DNA from: a virus
Virus record (IMG/VR): IMGVR_UViG_3300043015_002491
Coordinates: 58,510 to 122,509 of that record
DNA length: 64,000 nt
Reading direction: 5' to 3' (one strand)
Shown here: positions 25,500 through 37,102 of the stretch, piece by piece
How the letters are laid out: each line of letters begins with the position of its first letter
Position numbering within the stretch: position 1 is the stretch's first letter
Program-made: the position numbers and the translations under genes
The notes under the pieces: model-generated
The model's database searches: none
Told to the model about the DNA's origin: nothing
What the model saw: only the letters and a program-made list of their open reading frames with translations

Positions 25500-27668
25500 T
25501 TAAAAATCCATTGCCATTTCAATCATTATTGTGTTACCAGATGCTAATTTAACTGGTTTAGATAATTTACCAATCATAACTAAATCACCAGTTGAATCAT
25601 AAATACCAACTTCCGTAACTCTAATATCTGGTGCATTAGAGCTTGAGTTAAGTCTAGTAGGGTTTCCAGTAGTTTGAAAATCATCAGCTGAGACTTTAAT
25701 ATTAAATATACTTTTAAAAATTGTAGCACCAATATAAGTTTCTAAATTACCATAAAAGAATCTTTCATCACCAAATTGTAATCTATCTGTATTAGCATTA
25801 CTTGGCATTGATAAAGAATTAATTATACTAAATGTAGTTGAACCAGTATTAACTGAATTATCAATTAAAAAACCTAAAGCTGTTGGGTTTTGGCCTTCTA
25901 ATAAAATTGGGTCAATCGTTTCTGAAGTCCCAGAGGTAATACTAGTACTAGTAAAATCATATGATTTCCATGTATCAGCTAAAGGTCTAGAATCATCAGA
26001 GACAATTTGATATAATACTTTGAACTCCTTAGCTGAGAACCCCATACCATCATAACTAGACTTTTCTTCTTTCCTCATGTATGGTAATAAGTCAGTGTCA
26101 GCAATTCTAAATTGAACATCCTTAGAAGATGATGTATTATTTTTAATCTTACTATAATATTGACAAGGAAGTGTTGTAGTTAAACCAGTACCACTAGTAT
26201 TTTCAAATGTATAAGTTAAGTACATTGTACTATTCGTTGGTAAGATACCGTTAGTTGAACCATTAGCTGAACTAACAAGGTTAGCTGCAAGTGGTGGAAG
26301 TGTCCAGTTTCTATTTGATTTGTATGAAGTAGCTGCAACTATTTCATCATCACTAAATACAACAGTTTTAAGTTGTGGGAAAACCTTACCGACAACAATT
26401 GGTGTGTCAGAAACTAAGGTTGGGTCTTCTATAAGGTCAATATATTCAATATCACTATTACCAATAAGTTTAGTAGTACCACTAGCTAAGAATGTCATAC
26501 CCATTACATTACCATTTTCTGTTGAACCACTTCTTCTGTGATACATAAGGTCTGGTAAATGCACTTTAAGTGTCTTATTATTATCATTATCTATATAGAA
26601 AAATTCTCCATAGAAGTTTGAAATAGTGTTGTTAGTATAATGTAAAATTGATAATGATTTCTTAACACCATCAATGACAGATTCACCTGGAGTAGCACAA
26701 ATATCTACTAATGAAGTATCTAACTCATTAGTACACCCAACTTCAAAATATGGGTATTTTTGACCTAGATATTCATTAGAACCAAATTTTTCAAATGGTT
26801 CGTTTGGTGTTGCTACTGTGTTATTAACACTAGCACCAGTCATACCAGCAAGATTTTCACACCAAACATTATTCATGTTCCAAACTGGAACATCACTACA
26901 TGATACATCACAACAACTAGCAAAAGAAAGTGTGTTAGAATTCCAGTAAGCTGTTGTATTTTGAAAACCAAAACCTTGATAAACTTCTTGACTTGTATAA
27001 ATCATATACTCAGTTAAAGCTGTAGTTGAATTAATATTAGGTAATTCTCTATCAAGTGTTATAGTGTCACCAGCAGAGAATGTCGTACCACTAGATTGTA
27101 TCTTATACCATAAATGCGGTGTAGGGATAGTGTTACCATTAACTACTTGACTACCCAGCGTATCATTACCTATTTTTAATAAGATATAATCACCTACACT
27201 ATATGTTGTACCATTATTAACGACTAATGTTGTACCACCAGTTATACTAGAACCACTAATAGTACCATAATACTTAACATAATCACTAGTATAATTAGTT
27301 GTAAATGTTGAATGAGTTGTATCAGCACTAAAAAAACCTCTTTCAGTAGCTTGATTATTAACGACAGCTTTAATAGTTTTTATCTGACTATTAGATAAAG
27401 GATTTAAATTCTGATTATTATTACTATTAGATGTAACAAAATACTTTATGTCTGGTTGTCTATCAACAGGTCTTAAAACCTTTGAATTACCAGAAAGACT
27501 TGCATCACTTTGATAGTTATCAAATAAGTCTTCTCTATCATAATTAATTTCAGAATCACCTATCGCCCAAGAGGTGAAATTTAATCTACCTTGGGCTAAT
27601 TTTTGCCTACCAGTTTCAGTTAATTTTATATTAACGAAAGCGCTTGTATTGTTTATAATGTAGCTCAT
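25500..27668 (-). CDS. Baseplate/tail-fibre attachment protein, paralogue of downstream gene
   Basis: LTETGRQKLA...AIGDSE; VTEVGIYDSTGDLVMIGKLSKPV; ATATTTAT at 27674-27681. Confidence 0.7.
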   Translation of the reverse strand: MSYIINNTSAFVNIKLTETGRQKLAQGRLNFTSWAIGDSEINYDREDLFDNYQSDASLSGNSKVLRPVDRQPDIKYFVTSNSNNNQNLNPLSNSQIKTIKAVVNNQATERGFFSADTTHSTFTTNYTSDYVKYYGTISGSSITGGTTLVVNNGTTYSVGDYILLKIGNDTLGSQVVNGNTIPTPHLWYKIQSSGTTFSAGDTITLDRELPNINSTTALTEYMIYTSQEVYQGFGFQNTTAYWNSNTLSFASCCDVSCSDVPVWNMNNVWCENLAGMTGASVNNTVATPNEPFEKFGSNEYLGQKYPYFEVGCTNELDTSLVDICATPGESVIDGVKKSLSILHYTNNTISNFYGEFFYIDNDNNKTLKVHLPDLMYHRRSGSTENGNVMGMTFLASGTTKLIGNSDIEYIDLIEDPTLVSDTPIVVGKVFPQLKTVVFSDDEIVAATSYKSNRNWTLPPLAANLVSSANGSTNGILPTNSTMYLTYTFENTSGTGLTTTLPCQYYSKIKNNTSSSKDVQFRIADTDLLPYMRKEEKSSYDGMGFSAKEFKVLYQIVSDDSRPLADTWKSYDFTSTSITSGTSETIDPILLEGQNPTALGFLIDNSVNTGSTTFSIINSLSMPSNANTDRLQFGDERFFYGNLETYIGATIFKSIFNIKVSADDFQTTGNPTRLNSSSNAPDIRVTEVGIYDSTGDLVMIGKLSKPVKLASGNTIMIEMAMDF

Positions 27669-27725
27669 ATTTTATAAATATTCTTTTTTATCTTATTTTA
27701 CTAATAAATACTAAAAAATAAAGGT

Positions 27726-30428
27726 TTAGTACGAATTAAATGCATTAGTTTGTATTGTTATATCTATTACTTCACTATAAGCAGTTGTCGTAAATGGATT
27801 ACCACATATATCTTCATAAGTTTTTTCATTCTTAATTCGATAATATTGGACATCGCCAACACTACCACTTAATTCAATAGGTACTGAATAAGTGATTTGA
27901 CCTTCAACGTATGGTGTTGTAGCACTTGTTGTTAAAAGTGTTGTAAAATCTTTACTACTACTAAATTCAACAGTGAATAAACCATTAGTATTTTGAGGTT
28001 CATTAGTTATTACCCATGAAACATTAAAAGATGGTATTGTTACATCACCTTGTATTGTAACATTACTAGTGTAATAAATACCAATAACATCACCAACAAT
28101 TAAATTACCTTCAAGTATTATCCTATTAGAATCACTTGTTGATAAATAATAATCAATATTATCAGCTAACGTAACACCATTAATTGTTACTATTATATCA
28201 CCACCAGATGGTACTAAGTCAGTGTATAATTCATATTTACCAGTTGTTGTGTTATAGTAAACTTTTTCATTTCCTTGATTATTTGTTGTACCACTAACTA
28301 TTGGTGATGTTATTTCTAAACCTTCATTTCTAATATTATCACTATTTTGACTATTAGCATATGCATATGTTAATACATCACCACTAACTATTGTATCATT
28401 AAATGTTATTAAAGTAGTTGTACTTAATGCACTTAACGTGTAATCTAAATCTTTTTGTAATGTTAAACCATTAATAGATATTATATAATCACTTTCAGCT
28501 GAGGTTAAAACAGCTGTGTTAGAATTACCATTTAATATAATACCATCAACTATTAATGAACCTATTGGATTAGATTTACCAATACTAGGTGTGATTGTTG
28601 GTGTTTCAGCTGAATTAAATGCTACAAAATGAAAATCCCTATATGGTTCATATAATTTATATTGTGAACCCAAGTTGTTTGATGGTAGTGTGTCTCTATC
28701 ACCATTTAATAAAGCAAACTCCGTACAAACATCATGGGAAAAATAACTCTTAATTAAATAATCACCATCAAGTGTTAATGAACTAACAGGTACACTAACT
28801 GTTATAGCGCTAGTAGCACTAAATGATGACCACTCATATATTTCAGATTCAAACTTAGTTGAATCTATAAAATAACCAAGTGCGTGATTGTATTTAAATA
28901 TTTTAAAATTAAATGTAGTATTTTTATCTAAAAATTCACTAGTGTTAGCTGTAAAATTAAAACCTAAATCAATCTCCGTTTCATTTGTTATATTGTATAC
29001 CTCTTGACTATTAATAGTTGTTGCTGTGAAATCTAAATTACATATAACACTATTAATATCACTACATGTTCCAGTAAATACACAAACGGTGTCTGTATAA
29101 TTTAATTGAGTACAAGTGTATCCAGTACCACAAACATCTAGAGAATAACCAGCTGGACATGAATAACCAGAAGATTCACCTAAATCTAACACTTGTATAC
29201 CAGTAGTACCACTAACAACATCACTTCTATAATCAGCTGTGGTAAATATTGTTACAGCACTCAACTGAGATTCGGTTGTCATACCAGTAAGACTAGAAAT
29301 ACCAACATTATATATTTCAGCACCAAATGACGCATAACTACCATTATTTTTACCTTCCATCTCAATGATGTGTTTACCAGATGTTAATTGGACTTCAAAT
29401 ACCCTCCAATAACTAAGTGATTCTGTACCTCCAACAGCATTTTCAGATGTAAAGAATGTTTCACCATCAAGTTTAAATCTAGCCCAATTATCACCAGAAA
29501 GACCTATAGAATAAGTTCCACTTGTGTTTATATCAATACAAGCTGAAAATCCTATCCATTCTAAGTTTGGTTGTCCTATACCAGGTTCTGTTGTCCATAT
29601 ACCACAATTATTAAGTCTACCATAAAGAGTACTACCATTTGCATCCCATAATTGATTTGTTGAGGAAGCATTAGGTGATATTGCTATACCACCACTTGTT
29701 CTAAGTGTTGTTGAACTACCTGTAAGAATATACGGTATTTCACCTGTAAGATTAGTACTAAAAAAATGGGTACCATTATTGGCATAACCAGCATTAAGGT
29801 TACCAGTAGTCGCTGTATAAATTGTACCATTAAGTGTTGCGGCAGTTGTTGTTGTAAAAACACAACTATCACCTTCTGGTGTTGGGTTATATCCCGTTGG
29901 ACATGAACATGATGTATCACCAGTTGTGTTACCAGTAACAATACAATTAGGTGTATAATTTAATTCAGTATTTATATCAACCCTTAATTCAGAAAAACCA
30001 TTTTGAGTTACATTGAATTGAGTCCCATTAAAATTAAAATTATAACCAAGCGCTGTTAAAGAATCATTAACACTACCACTAAATTGACTTATATTTGGTG
30101 CATCATTAATATTTGTTGACGTGTAAAACACATCAGTATTCACTAATAAATTATCTTCATATATTTTGGTTGACCAAATAATATTATTGAAACAATCAGC
30201 TGACATAGCTGCTACTTTAAAACATTCGGTTGTAGCGGTAAGTATATTAGTGTAAGATACACCACTAAGGTCACATGTTTGTGTTTCACAATCTATTTTA
30301 CTAGCACCGCTCATACTAAAGAATGGCATATTGAAAATACAAATATCTGAACTCGTATTTACAACTGATACTGTTGAATTTCTTCTACAATTACCTGTTT
30401 GGTCGTATATTTCGTTTTGATAACTCAT
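27726..30428 (-). CDS. Virion adhesin/tail fibre-like protein with PA14-like and Cys-rich modules
   Basis: GTYSIGLSGDN..RFKLDG...LTSGKHIIEMEG; CPTGY...C and CPAGY...C; repeated INGxTL...DY modules; Fn3-like C-terminus. Confidence 0.6.
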   Translation of the reverse strand: MSYQNEIYDQTGNCRRNSTVSVVNTSSDICIFNMPFFSMSGASKIDCETQTCDLSGVSYTNILTATTECFKVAAMSADCFNNIIWSTKIYEDNLLVNTDVFYTSTNINDAPNISQFSGSVNDSLTALGYNFNFNGTQFNVTQNGFSELRVDINTELNYTPNCIVTGNTTGDTSCSCPTGYNPTPEGDSCVFTTTTAATLNGTIYTATTGNLNAGYANNGTHFFSTNLTGEIPYILTGSSTTLRTSGGIAISPNASSTNQLWDANGSTLYGRLNNCGIWTTEPGIGQPNLEWIGFSACIDINTSGTYSIGLSGDNWARFKLDGETFFTSENAVGGTESLSYWRVFEVQLTSGKHIIEMEGKNNGSYASFGAEIYNVGISSLTGMTTESQLSAVTIFTTADYRSDVVSGTTGIQVLDLGESSGYSCPAGYSLDVCGTGYTCTQLNYTDTVCVFTGTCSDINSVICNLDFTATTINSQEVYNITNETEIDLGFNFTANTSEFLDKNTTFNFKIFKYNHALGYFIDSTKFESEIYEWSSFSATSAITVSVPVSSLTLDGDYLIKSYFSHDVCTEFALLNGDRDTLPSNNLGSQYKLYEPYRDFHFVAFNSAETPTITPSIGKSNPIGSLIVDGIILNGNSNTAVLTSAESDYIISINGLTLQKDLDYTLSALSTTTLITFNDTIVSGDVLTYAYANSQNSDNIRNEGLEITSPIVSGTTNNQGNEKVYYNTTTGKYELYTDLVPSGGDIIVTINGVTLADNIDYYLSTSDSNRIILEGNLIVGDVIGIYYTSNVTIQGDVTIPSFNVSWVITNEPQNTNGLFTVEFSSSKDFTTLLTTSATTPYVEGQITYSVPIELSGSVGDVQYYRIKNEKTYEDICGNPFTTTAYSEVIDITIQTNAFNSY

Positions 30429-30670
30429 TAATATGATATTTCTATTTCTTTATATATTTTATCTCTGTTAACACTTAAACCAAAATCACTCGATTTATAT
30501 AAATTTTCACTACTAACAACTTTCTTAAAGTTTTGTAAGAATACCTCAAGAGAACCTATTTTAAACCAATCAGTATACCCAAAATCAGTTTGTATAGTTT
30601 TAAGAATAGCAACATCATCACTAATATTGTCAGCAATTTTCCCTGTTATGTTTTGTATTAATATCGGCAT
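30428..30670 (-). CDS. Hypothetical virion-module protein
   Basis: 80 aa, coupled to next gene; ATATTTAT at 30679-30686. Confidence 0.65.
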   Translation of the reverse strand: MPILIQNITGKIADNISDDVAILKTIQTDFGYTDWFKIGSLEVFLQNFKKVVSSENLYKSSDFGLSVNRDKIYKEIEISY

Positions 30671-30713
30671 CTTATTTTATAAATATGTTCCTATTTTTTT
30701 ATTAATAATATTT

Positions 30714-31232
30714 TTAAGGATTTAGTATTGTTACTGAACCTAAAAATTCTGGACTACAGTTAATTTGTTTCATGTACGCTCCAGTACATTTAGTTATTAT
30801 ATTATTATTTGAACCACTAAATGGAATAACTGTTGTATCTACACCAACATTTAAATCATATCCAATTACATTATCATCAGTAATTAATAATAAATTTATT
30901 TGACCTAATAAGTCTTTAACTATAGAGTAAGATGCTAAATAATTATTATACGATGTTTTATCAAAACAATCACTACCAGATGGACTAGCAGATAATTCTA
31001 CAATAAGTAAATTTAAATTAGCTTTAGTATTATTAACGGCTGTTACGTAATCTTGGAATAATAGTAATAACTTATCGTAGGTTTGAACTGAAAGTTCATC
31101 TTTTTTTGAAATTATTAATCTATTTAAACATTTAAGATTAGCATCAAATACCTCTCTTATTGATGTTTCGTAGTCTGACCAATCATTTGGTAATTGGTCA
31201 CATTTGAAATCTTCTAAGTCAAATAAAAACAT
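30714..31232 (-). CDS. Hypothetical structural protein
   Basis: 172 aa, starts MFLFDLED. Confidence 0.7.
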   Translation of the reverse strand: MFLFDLEDFKCDQLPNDWSDYETSIREVFDANLKCLNRLIISKKDELSVQTYDKLLLLFQDYVTAVNNTKANLNLLIVELSASPSGSDCFDKTSYNNYLASYSIVKDLLGQINLLLITDDNVIGYDLNVGVDTTVIPFSGSNNNIITKCTGAYMKQINCSPEFLGSVTILNP

Positions 31233-31250
31233 ATCTCTTTTAATTATTAA

Positions 31251-33401
31251 TTATATTATGTAATTTGAGTCACTATAAAGAACTGTCCCACCAGAATAGT
31301 TATAAATCTCTAACCAATCCACAGTAGTTCTAGAATTTGATGTCTCTACGGTTCTATTAGCATAAATTTTAAAATCATTATAATCCAATGGGTTAGTTAA
31401 TTCAACTCGCCAATCACCATCCCAATAATACTTAAGTTGATTACCTTCAAAATAAGTATCCAATAAACCACATGTTACCCCACTTAAACTTGGTATTAAA
31501 GTGTATGAAGAACCAGATGCTGGAATTGTTTTATTATAATAGTGATTGATATATCTATATATAAACTTTTCTTGAGCATCATTATCATAAGTTGCTGAAC
31601 GAACATAACTAAAACGTGGGAATAAATAGTTATACCTAGATGAAGTATTAGTTGTTCCAGTGTAATTAGATGTTACACCAGTTGAATATCTATTTACACT
31701 AGTTACAATACTATTATATCTAATATTACAATTTATATCACATGTGTCAGCAGTTAACCCTAGTGTAATTGTTGGTAATGTTAATTGTAAATAGTAATCA
31801 GCTCCAGTTGTACCAGTCGTAACTATTGATGATTGGTGTACTGATATATTTCTCAATATTCCAACATCACCACACACTTGATTACCAGTTGACCCTGGAT
31901 AATATATGTCAAAAATTCTATAATAATCCTCATTAGATGAATCACCCGAATAAATAGATATATTCGGTTTTATATTATTTATATATTCATTATAATAATC
32001 TCTAACATAAGTTGGGTTATCTGTAGTAAGTTTAAACAATCCATTCGATTTTTCATATTTTATAAAGTAATTATTATCTGCTGGTTCACAAACTAAATTA
32101 TTTATTTGGTAAAATACATTTTGAAGATTACATCTTTTTTGATTAAAATATAATCCATTGAAATTAAGTAAACTAAAACCGTTAGAATCGGTACCAGATG
32201 CACCATAAGAACTATATTCACTTAGGTAAGTATCAAGCTTATTTGTTAGTGTTATCCCACTAACTTTAAAGGTTATTGTACTACTACATTCACCTGTTAC
32301 CACAGTAATTGTAGAACCACTAATCTTTAATGGTTTATTTGGTAGATTAAGATTACAATCTATTGTATCAGCACAACCAAAATAAAAATCCCAACTTGTT
32401 GATGGGTTAGAAGTATTAGGTATAACTTCTAAATCTATAGTATCACCATCATTAATAGTAAAACCAGTTAAACAAGTTATTTTTGATACATATTGGGAGG
32501 TATCGGCTGATTTAGGGAAGACGTTATTATTAACGTTAGTACTTGGTAAATTAGACCCAACCTCCCAATATTCCAATACGATAGGGTTATTGTAGGCTGA
32601 ACCATTATACGTTAATTTAAGTTTATCTGGTACAAAACTACCTCTAAATTTCCATGCAAAATAATTTGTATTAGCACTTAATATAAATGTTGATGAAAGT
32701 GCTGTTGGAGGTGTACCATTACCAATACTAGTAAAATTTACTCTATGTTCATATTGTGATAAATCTGAACTACCATCACCATTATTACATCTAAATGCAT
32801 CCACATCAACAGTTACACTTTGAAAACATGTTAATAATGCTGGTACTGGGTCATTACTATATGCAGTATTACCGCTTTGTGAAAAATCAATACCACCTAT
32901 ATTAACTTTATCTATTATTGGTAGATATGTACCAGCTGGCACAAATAACGCAGAAGTACCAATTAATGGATGTTGGTAATTATAATTAAAGCTAGTACCA
33001 GAACCACTCACATATTTAAGGTTATTTGAACTATCATACCAATGTATTATATAATCACTTAAATCTGTTTGACATGAAGCGGTTAAAGCACCAGCATACA
33101 ACCTACCAACAGTAGATGTAGGAAAATAATCAAAACCTAAATCACATGTTATGCATAAATTATTCTCACCTATATCACCATATGTTTGTATATTATTATT
33201 TGTATCAAGTACCATAACTTTAGTGGCATCATCTGGAACTAATAAGTTAAAAGGTGTTGTTGTTGCTGTTAATTCAGTTCTTGTTCTATTTTGAACAATT
33301 GGGGTAGCGTAATTATCTGAATCAGTAAATATACTAAAATCAGTACTAGTTGAAGTTAGACCACTAGATGATAATATAACTGTAACGTATTTTCTTGGCA
33401 T
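31251..33401 (-). CDS. Putative virion structural/adhesin protein
   Basis: 716 aa, Ser/Thr/Asn/Cys-rich beta-type sequence within the tail block. Confidence 0.65.
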   Translation of the reverse strand: MPRKYVTVILSSSGLTSTSTDFSIFTDSDNYATPIVQNRTRTELTATTTPFNLLVPDDATKVMVLDTNNNIQTYGDIGENNLCITCDLGFDYFPTSTVGRLYAGALTASCQTDLSDYIIHWYDSSNNLKYVSGSGTSFNYNYQHPLIGTSALFVPAGTYLPIIDKVNIGGIDFSQSGNTAYSNDPVPALLTCFQSVTVDVDAFRCNNGDGSSDLSQYEHRVNFTSIGNGTPPTALSSTFILSANTNYFAWKFRGSFVPDKLKLTYNGSAYNNPIVLEYWEVGSNLPSTNVNNNVFPKSADTSQYVSKITCLTGFTINDGDTIDLEVIPNTSNPSTSWDFYFGCADTIDCNLNLPNKPLKISGSTITVVTGECSSTITFKVSGITLTNKLDTYLSEYSSYGASGTDSNGFSLLNFNGLYFNQKRCNLQNVFYQINNLVCEPADNNYFIKYEKSNGLFKLTTDNPTYVRDYYNEYINNIKPNISIYSGDSSNEDYYRIFDIYYPGSTGNQVCGDVGILRNISVHQSSIVTTGTTGADYYLQLTLPTITLGLTADTCDINCNIRYNSIVTSVNRYSTGVTSNYTGTTNTSSRYNYLFPRFSYVRSATYDNDAQEKFIYRYINHYYNKTIPASGSSYTLIPSLSGVTCGLLDTYFEGNQLKYYWDGDWRVELTNPLDYNDFKIYANRTVETSNSRTTVDWLEIYNYSGGTVLYSDSNYII

Positions 33402-33431
33402 TTTATTTAACTTTATTTAACTTTATTCATT

Positions 33432-34409
33432 TTATTCATCCCCATAATAATAAGTACTAGTAACTGTTGCTAAAGAAGTTGGTGGTGGACACTCATCGGT
33501 ATAAAATTCTTCAATAATAGAACCCATACAATCATTTAGATAATCAATATTGTTTAAATTACATGGTCCATCTATACATGTAAAAGTTGAACCCATTTTA
33601 TATTCAAACTTTTGTTCATCAAAAACTGTATTCCTATAAACATAAGTTGAATCCCATATGGTAGTCGCTGGTACAACTTGTTCAATAAGGTCAATCCAAT
33701 AATTACCTACAGCTTGACCGAAATTATCCATGTCAAAATAATCATACTGACTACTCTTATATGAACTAAAGTCTAATGAATTAAAATTATACCTATCATA
33801 AAGCATCCTAAGTGTAGCATATGAACTAATTGTTTGTCTATTCTTAACATCAATTAATTCACTACTGATAACATTAGTAAATTCTTCAACAGAATCAACT
33901 TGAACTAAGTCAGTTGTTAATTTACCGCTAAGGTCTATACAGTCATCTCCACATTTTATTAATGGACAACAACCTATCCCCCAATAATTCTTTTTCCATT
34001 CTTCTGGGTATGACCAATATGTTGTAATTTCTTGACCGCTGAAATAATAAAATATTTCATTAGTGGCACACATCACTTCATTTATTAGTTGGGTGTAATC
34101 ATAATATATTTGAGGTGTTACATCCATTTGGTTATTAGCTAAATTCCAAAAGTTGCTATATCTACTATCTAATCCCATTCCACTAATTGTTTGCCATGCT
34201 GTTGTGTAACCAGTACAACCACTAAGACCAGGTTCAGCTGATAATGCCAATCTAAGTTCATTCATACCCTTAATAAAAGCATCTTTAGTGGCTCTAGCGG
34301 TTGTTGATAAGTCACTCCAATCACCAACAAGTCTATAATCTTGGTTATCGCAACCAATTGCTTTAGCATTAGGGTCAGTATAATTACATAAATCAAAAAA
34401 TAGTACCAT
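33432..34409 (-). CDS. Putative baseplate-associated protein
   Basis: 325 aa; SELIDVKNRQ, IEQVVPATTIW motifs. Confidence 0.6.
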   Translation of the reverse strand: MVLFFDLCNYTDPNAKAIGCDNQDYRLVGDWSDLSTTARATKDAFIKGMNELRLALSAEPGLSGCTGYTTAWQTISGMGLDSRYSNFWNLANNQMDVTPQIYYDYTQLINEVMCATNEIFYYFSGQEITTYWSYPEEWKKNYWGIGCCPLIKCGDDCIDLSGKLTTDLVQVDSVEEFTNVISSELIDVKNRQTISSYATLRMLYDRYNFNSLDFSSYKSSQYDYFDMDNFGQAVGNYWIDLIEQVVPATTIWDSTYVYRNTVFDEQKFEYKMGSTFTCIDGPCNLNNIDYLNDCMGSIIEEFYTDECPPPTSLATVTSTYYYGDE

Positions 34410-34410
34410 A

Positions 34411-37035
34411 TTATAATATATATTTTTTTACCTGGAAATCTGGTATATATTTATTCGCAAATAAGAATGGTCTAGTCGCTAGTATAACTTCATTATAGGT
34501 TTTAAGTCTAGCATCCCTGTTACCTATTCTTGTTGTTAGCAAATCTCCTATAAGGTTTGCAACATCATTTGTACCATCACTTAAATCTTCCCAATTATTT
34601 GTTAATGGATTCCAAAAATAATAAGTCCCCGCTGAATATGGTTCAACACCTCTTATATCACCTGGATTACCAGTTATACCTGTGAGTGTTGTTAGACTAT
34701 CGACTGCTGGTTGGAATGTAATGTCGTTACCACTAAACACAACATTTAAAGAATTACCACTAGGACTAACTGTATAATATTCAGTGTATGCTGATGCATG
34801 ATACCATTGAACCATCGGTATATTCTTAATATCAGCAATACTGTAACCACCTAATACAGATGTATCTTGTTGCAGACCACTAATACTAGTTACTGGATAT
34901 TTTGGATTCTGGGCATCACTCCAACCATTATTTTTTATAAGATTATACTCGTTTAAATCTTTTAGATAAGTATCTCTATTAGCTCTATATAAAATATTTT
35001 CATCTTCATCACAATCATATGTTGTATCACATGCACCATACGTTTCAAAAATATCTTTAGTCCATATACCAGAATAATCTGTCATTGTATCATGTGGTAA
35101 TGGGTAATCTACTATATTTTTAACAACATCACATGTTGCTGAATAAGAACATTCAACTGGGTGTGAATAATATTCATCACTAGTTATTCCTGTTGTTGCA
35201 CCAGCACAATTAAGGATATTATTATCTTGCATATAACACCAAACATCTTGTTCAACAGCCCTTGCTGGTGAAAGATTTAAATCAACTTCCTTAGTGTTTA
35301 TAACTAATCTATGATGATTTGTATTATATTCAGCTGGTCTATATTTTAAGTCATAGAACCTATCATCTCTAGACCTATTAGCAATCCAAGATTTTTTATT
35401 ATCTATAATTCTTGTAAGTTCAAATTTTGGTGGTTCAGATATAAATGTTTCAACATTATCAACCTTAGTACAACTCTTAGTCATCTTAACTCTATCAAGT
35501 AATACTGAAAAATCAGCACAAGCGTTACTAATTTTAATTGACATATTTACCTTTTCACCCTTTAGTGATTGGATTAATTTAACGTCACATATTTTACTTG
35601 AATAAGATAACCAACAAGATTGCCACCAATCACTTAACGCATCGTTAAGAGTTTTTGGGTCTAAAGAATTTAATTGCGTTTTTTCATCTGCTGGTATTAT
35701 GTTATATACTTCGTTAGTAATTTGTTTCCTAAACTGAAGACAGTCACTAAATTTAGTGGTATTAAACTTACCAGACGTAGCAAATGGCGCTAATGGAGAA
35801 TAATTACCTTGATTAAGTGTTGGCATTACACCAGTACTACCACTAATTATTATACCAGTAGACCCACTAGCATTACTAATATAATTCCAGAAATTACCAT
35901 TACCAATATTAAAGATGCTTTCTTCATAAACCGTTTCTAATCTATTGTTACTCGTATTTAATCTTTCCAGAGTAAAAGATATATTTAAATTTTCGAAAAA
36001 TTCAATAACTGAATTACAAGTACCAGCTAAAAATATAGTTTGAGTTTGACTTTTTAAAGACGCTATATCATTAGTTATCTTATCTTTACTATCAGTTAAT
36101 TTTTTAAGCTCTATTTCTAATTCCGTAATTTTTTTATTAGCTTTAGCTTTATCGTATATCGTATAATTACAATTAACACTATATAATGTATCCGTTGAAG
36201 TTGAAGCTACGTTTTCTAAAGAATCAATATCCTTACAATCATAAATAGTCGTATTAGTACCATCACTATTAAACCAAGTTTGATAATCGTTACCTAATAT
36301 TTTTTTCCATTCTAATAACCCAGCATCAGTTAAACAATATTTTTTAACTCTAGTATTATCAAAGTAAGGTAAACTCCATGACCATGAACTTGGTGGTGTA
36401 CTATCTTTCCAAGTGTTATTTGGGGCTTTATAGTATAAATTACTCCAATTAGCTGGTGGTTTAGCCCATGAACCCCATGTAGTTCCATTGAAAGTTGTGC
36501 CAGGTTTTATGGAATTAGTTTCAGTACACTCAATTACAAATGGTACATCATATAATGATATTAATCTATTATTTATATTAGATATTTCAATATCAATTTT
36601 ATTTAAATCATTTTCTAATTTAACAATTTTATCACTATTAGTTTGTACTATTGTTGGTACTCCATTTATAGCTTCTTCTAATACATCACAATCAAATTTA
36701 AATTTATAATCAAATGAAACATCTAAACAACAAGTTTCATTCTCATCTATATCAAATAAAGCGCTAGTATTACCTTGCGGATTTATAATAAGTTTAAAGT
36801 CATCTAAATCACAATCAGTTTTTTTCCAAAGGCATTTACGATTTTCAATGTCAAATTCGTAACCAGATTTTTCACAACAAGTTTCAATGTTAGAAAATCC
36901 AGTTTGCACATTGTTAGCGTCATATATACTAACTGTACCATCTGGTTTTTCTAAAAACGTATAACCATCATTTTCAGCTTGTAATTTTGTGGACCAATTA
37001 CAGGCTGTGTAATCTTCTAAATCAAATTTAAACAT
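34411..37035 (-). CDS. Putative baseplate-associated protein
   Basis: 874 aa; Cys-rich, two coiled coils, INTKEVDL motif; starts MFKFDLED. Confidence 0.6.
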   Translation of the reverse strand: MFKFDLEDYTACNWSTKLQAENDGYTFLEKPDGTVSIYDANNVQTGFSNIETCCEKSGYEFDIENRKCLWKKTDCDLDDFKLIINPQGNTSALFDIDENETCCLDVSFDYKFKFDCDVLEEAINGVPTIVQTNSDKIVKLENDLNKIDIEISNINNRLISLYDVPFVIECTETNSIKPGTTFNGTTWGSWAKPPANWSNLYYKAPNNTWKDSTPPSSWSWSLPYFDNTRVKKYCLTDAGLLEWKKILGNDYQTWFNSDGTNTTIYDCKDIDSLENVASTSTDTLYSVNCNYTIYDKAKANKKITELEIELKKLTDSKDKITNDIASLKSQTQTIFLAGTCNSVIEFFENLNISFTLERLNTSNNRLETVYEESIFNIGNGNFWNYISNASGSTGIIISGSTGVMPTLNQGNYSPLAPFATSGKFNTTKFSDCLQFRKQITNEVYNIIPADEKTQLNSLDPKTLNDALSDWWQSCWLSYSSKICDVKLIQSLKGEKVNMSIKISNACADFSVLLDRVKMTKSCTKVDNVETFISEPPKFELTRIIDNKKSWIANRSRDDRFYDLKYRPAEYNTNHHRLVINTKEVDLNLSPARAVEQDVWCYMQDNNILNCAGATTGITSDEYYSHPVECSYSATCDVVKNIVDYPLPHDTMTDYSGIWTKDIFETYGACDTTYDCDEDENILYRANRDTYLKDLNEYNLIKNNGWSDAQNPKYPVTSISGLQQDTSVLGGYSIADIKNIPMVQWYHASAYTEYYTVSPSGNSLNVVFSGNDITFQPAVDSLTTLTGITGNPGDIRGVEPYSAGTYYFWNPLTNNWEDLSDGTNDVANLIGDLLTTRIGNRDARLKTYNEVILATRPFLFANKYIPDFQVKKYIL

Positions 37036-37102
37036 TATCCTCTTTTATTATAATTATATGATAATATACTTTATTTATTTTTTTTGTAAACATTAGACAT
37101 AT

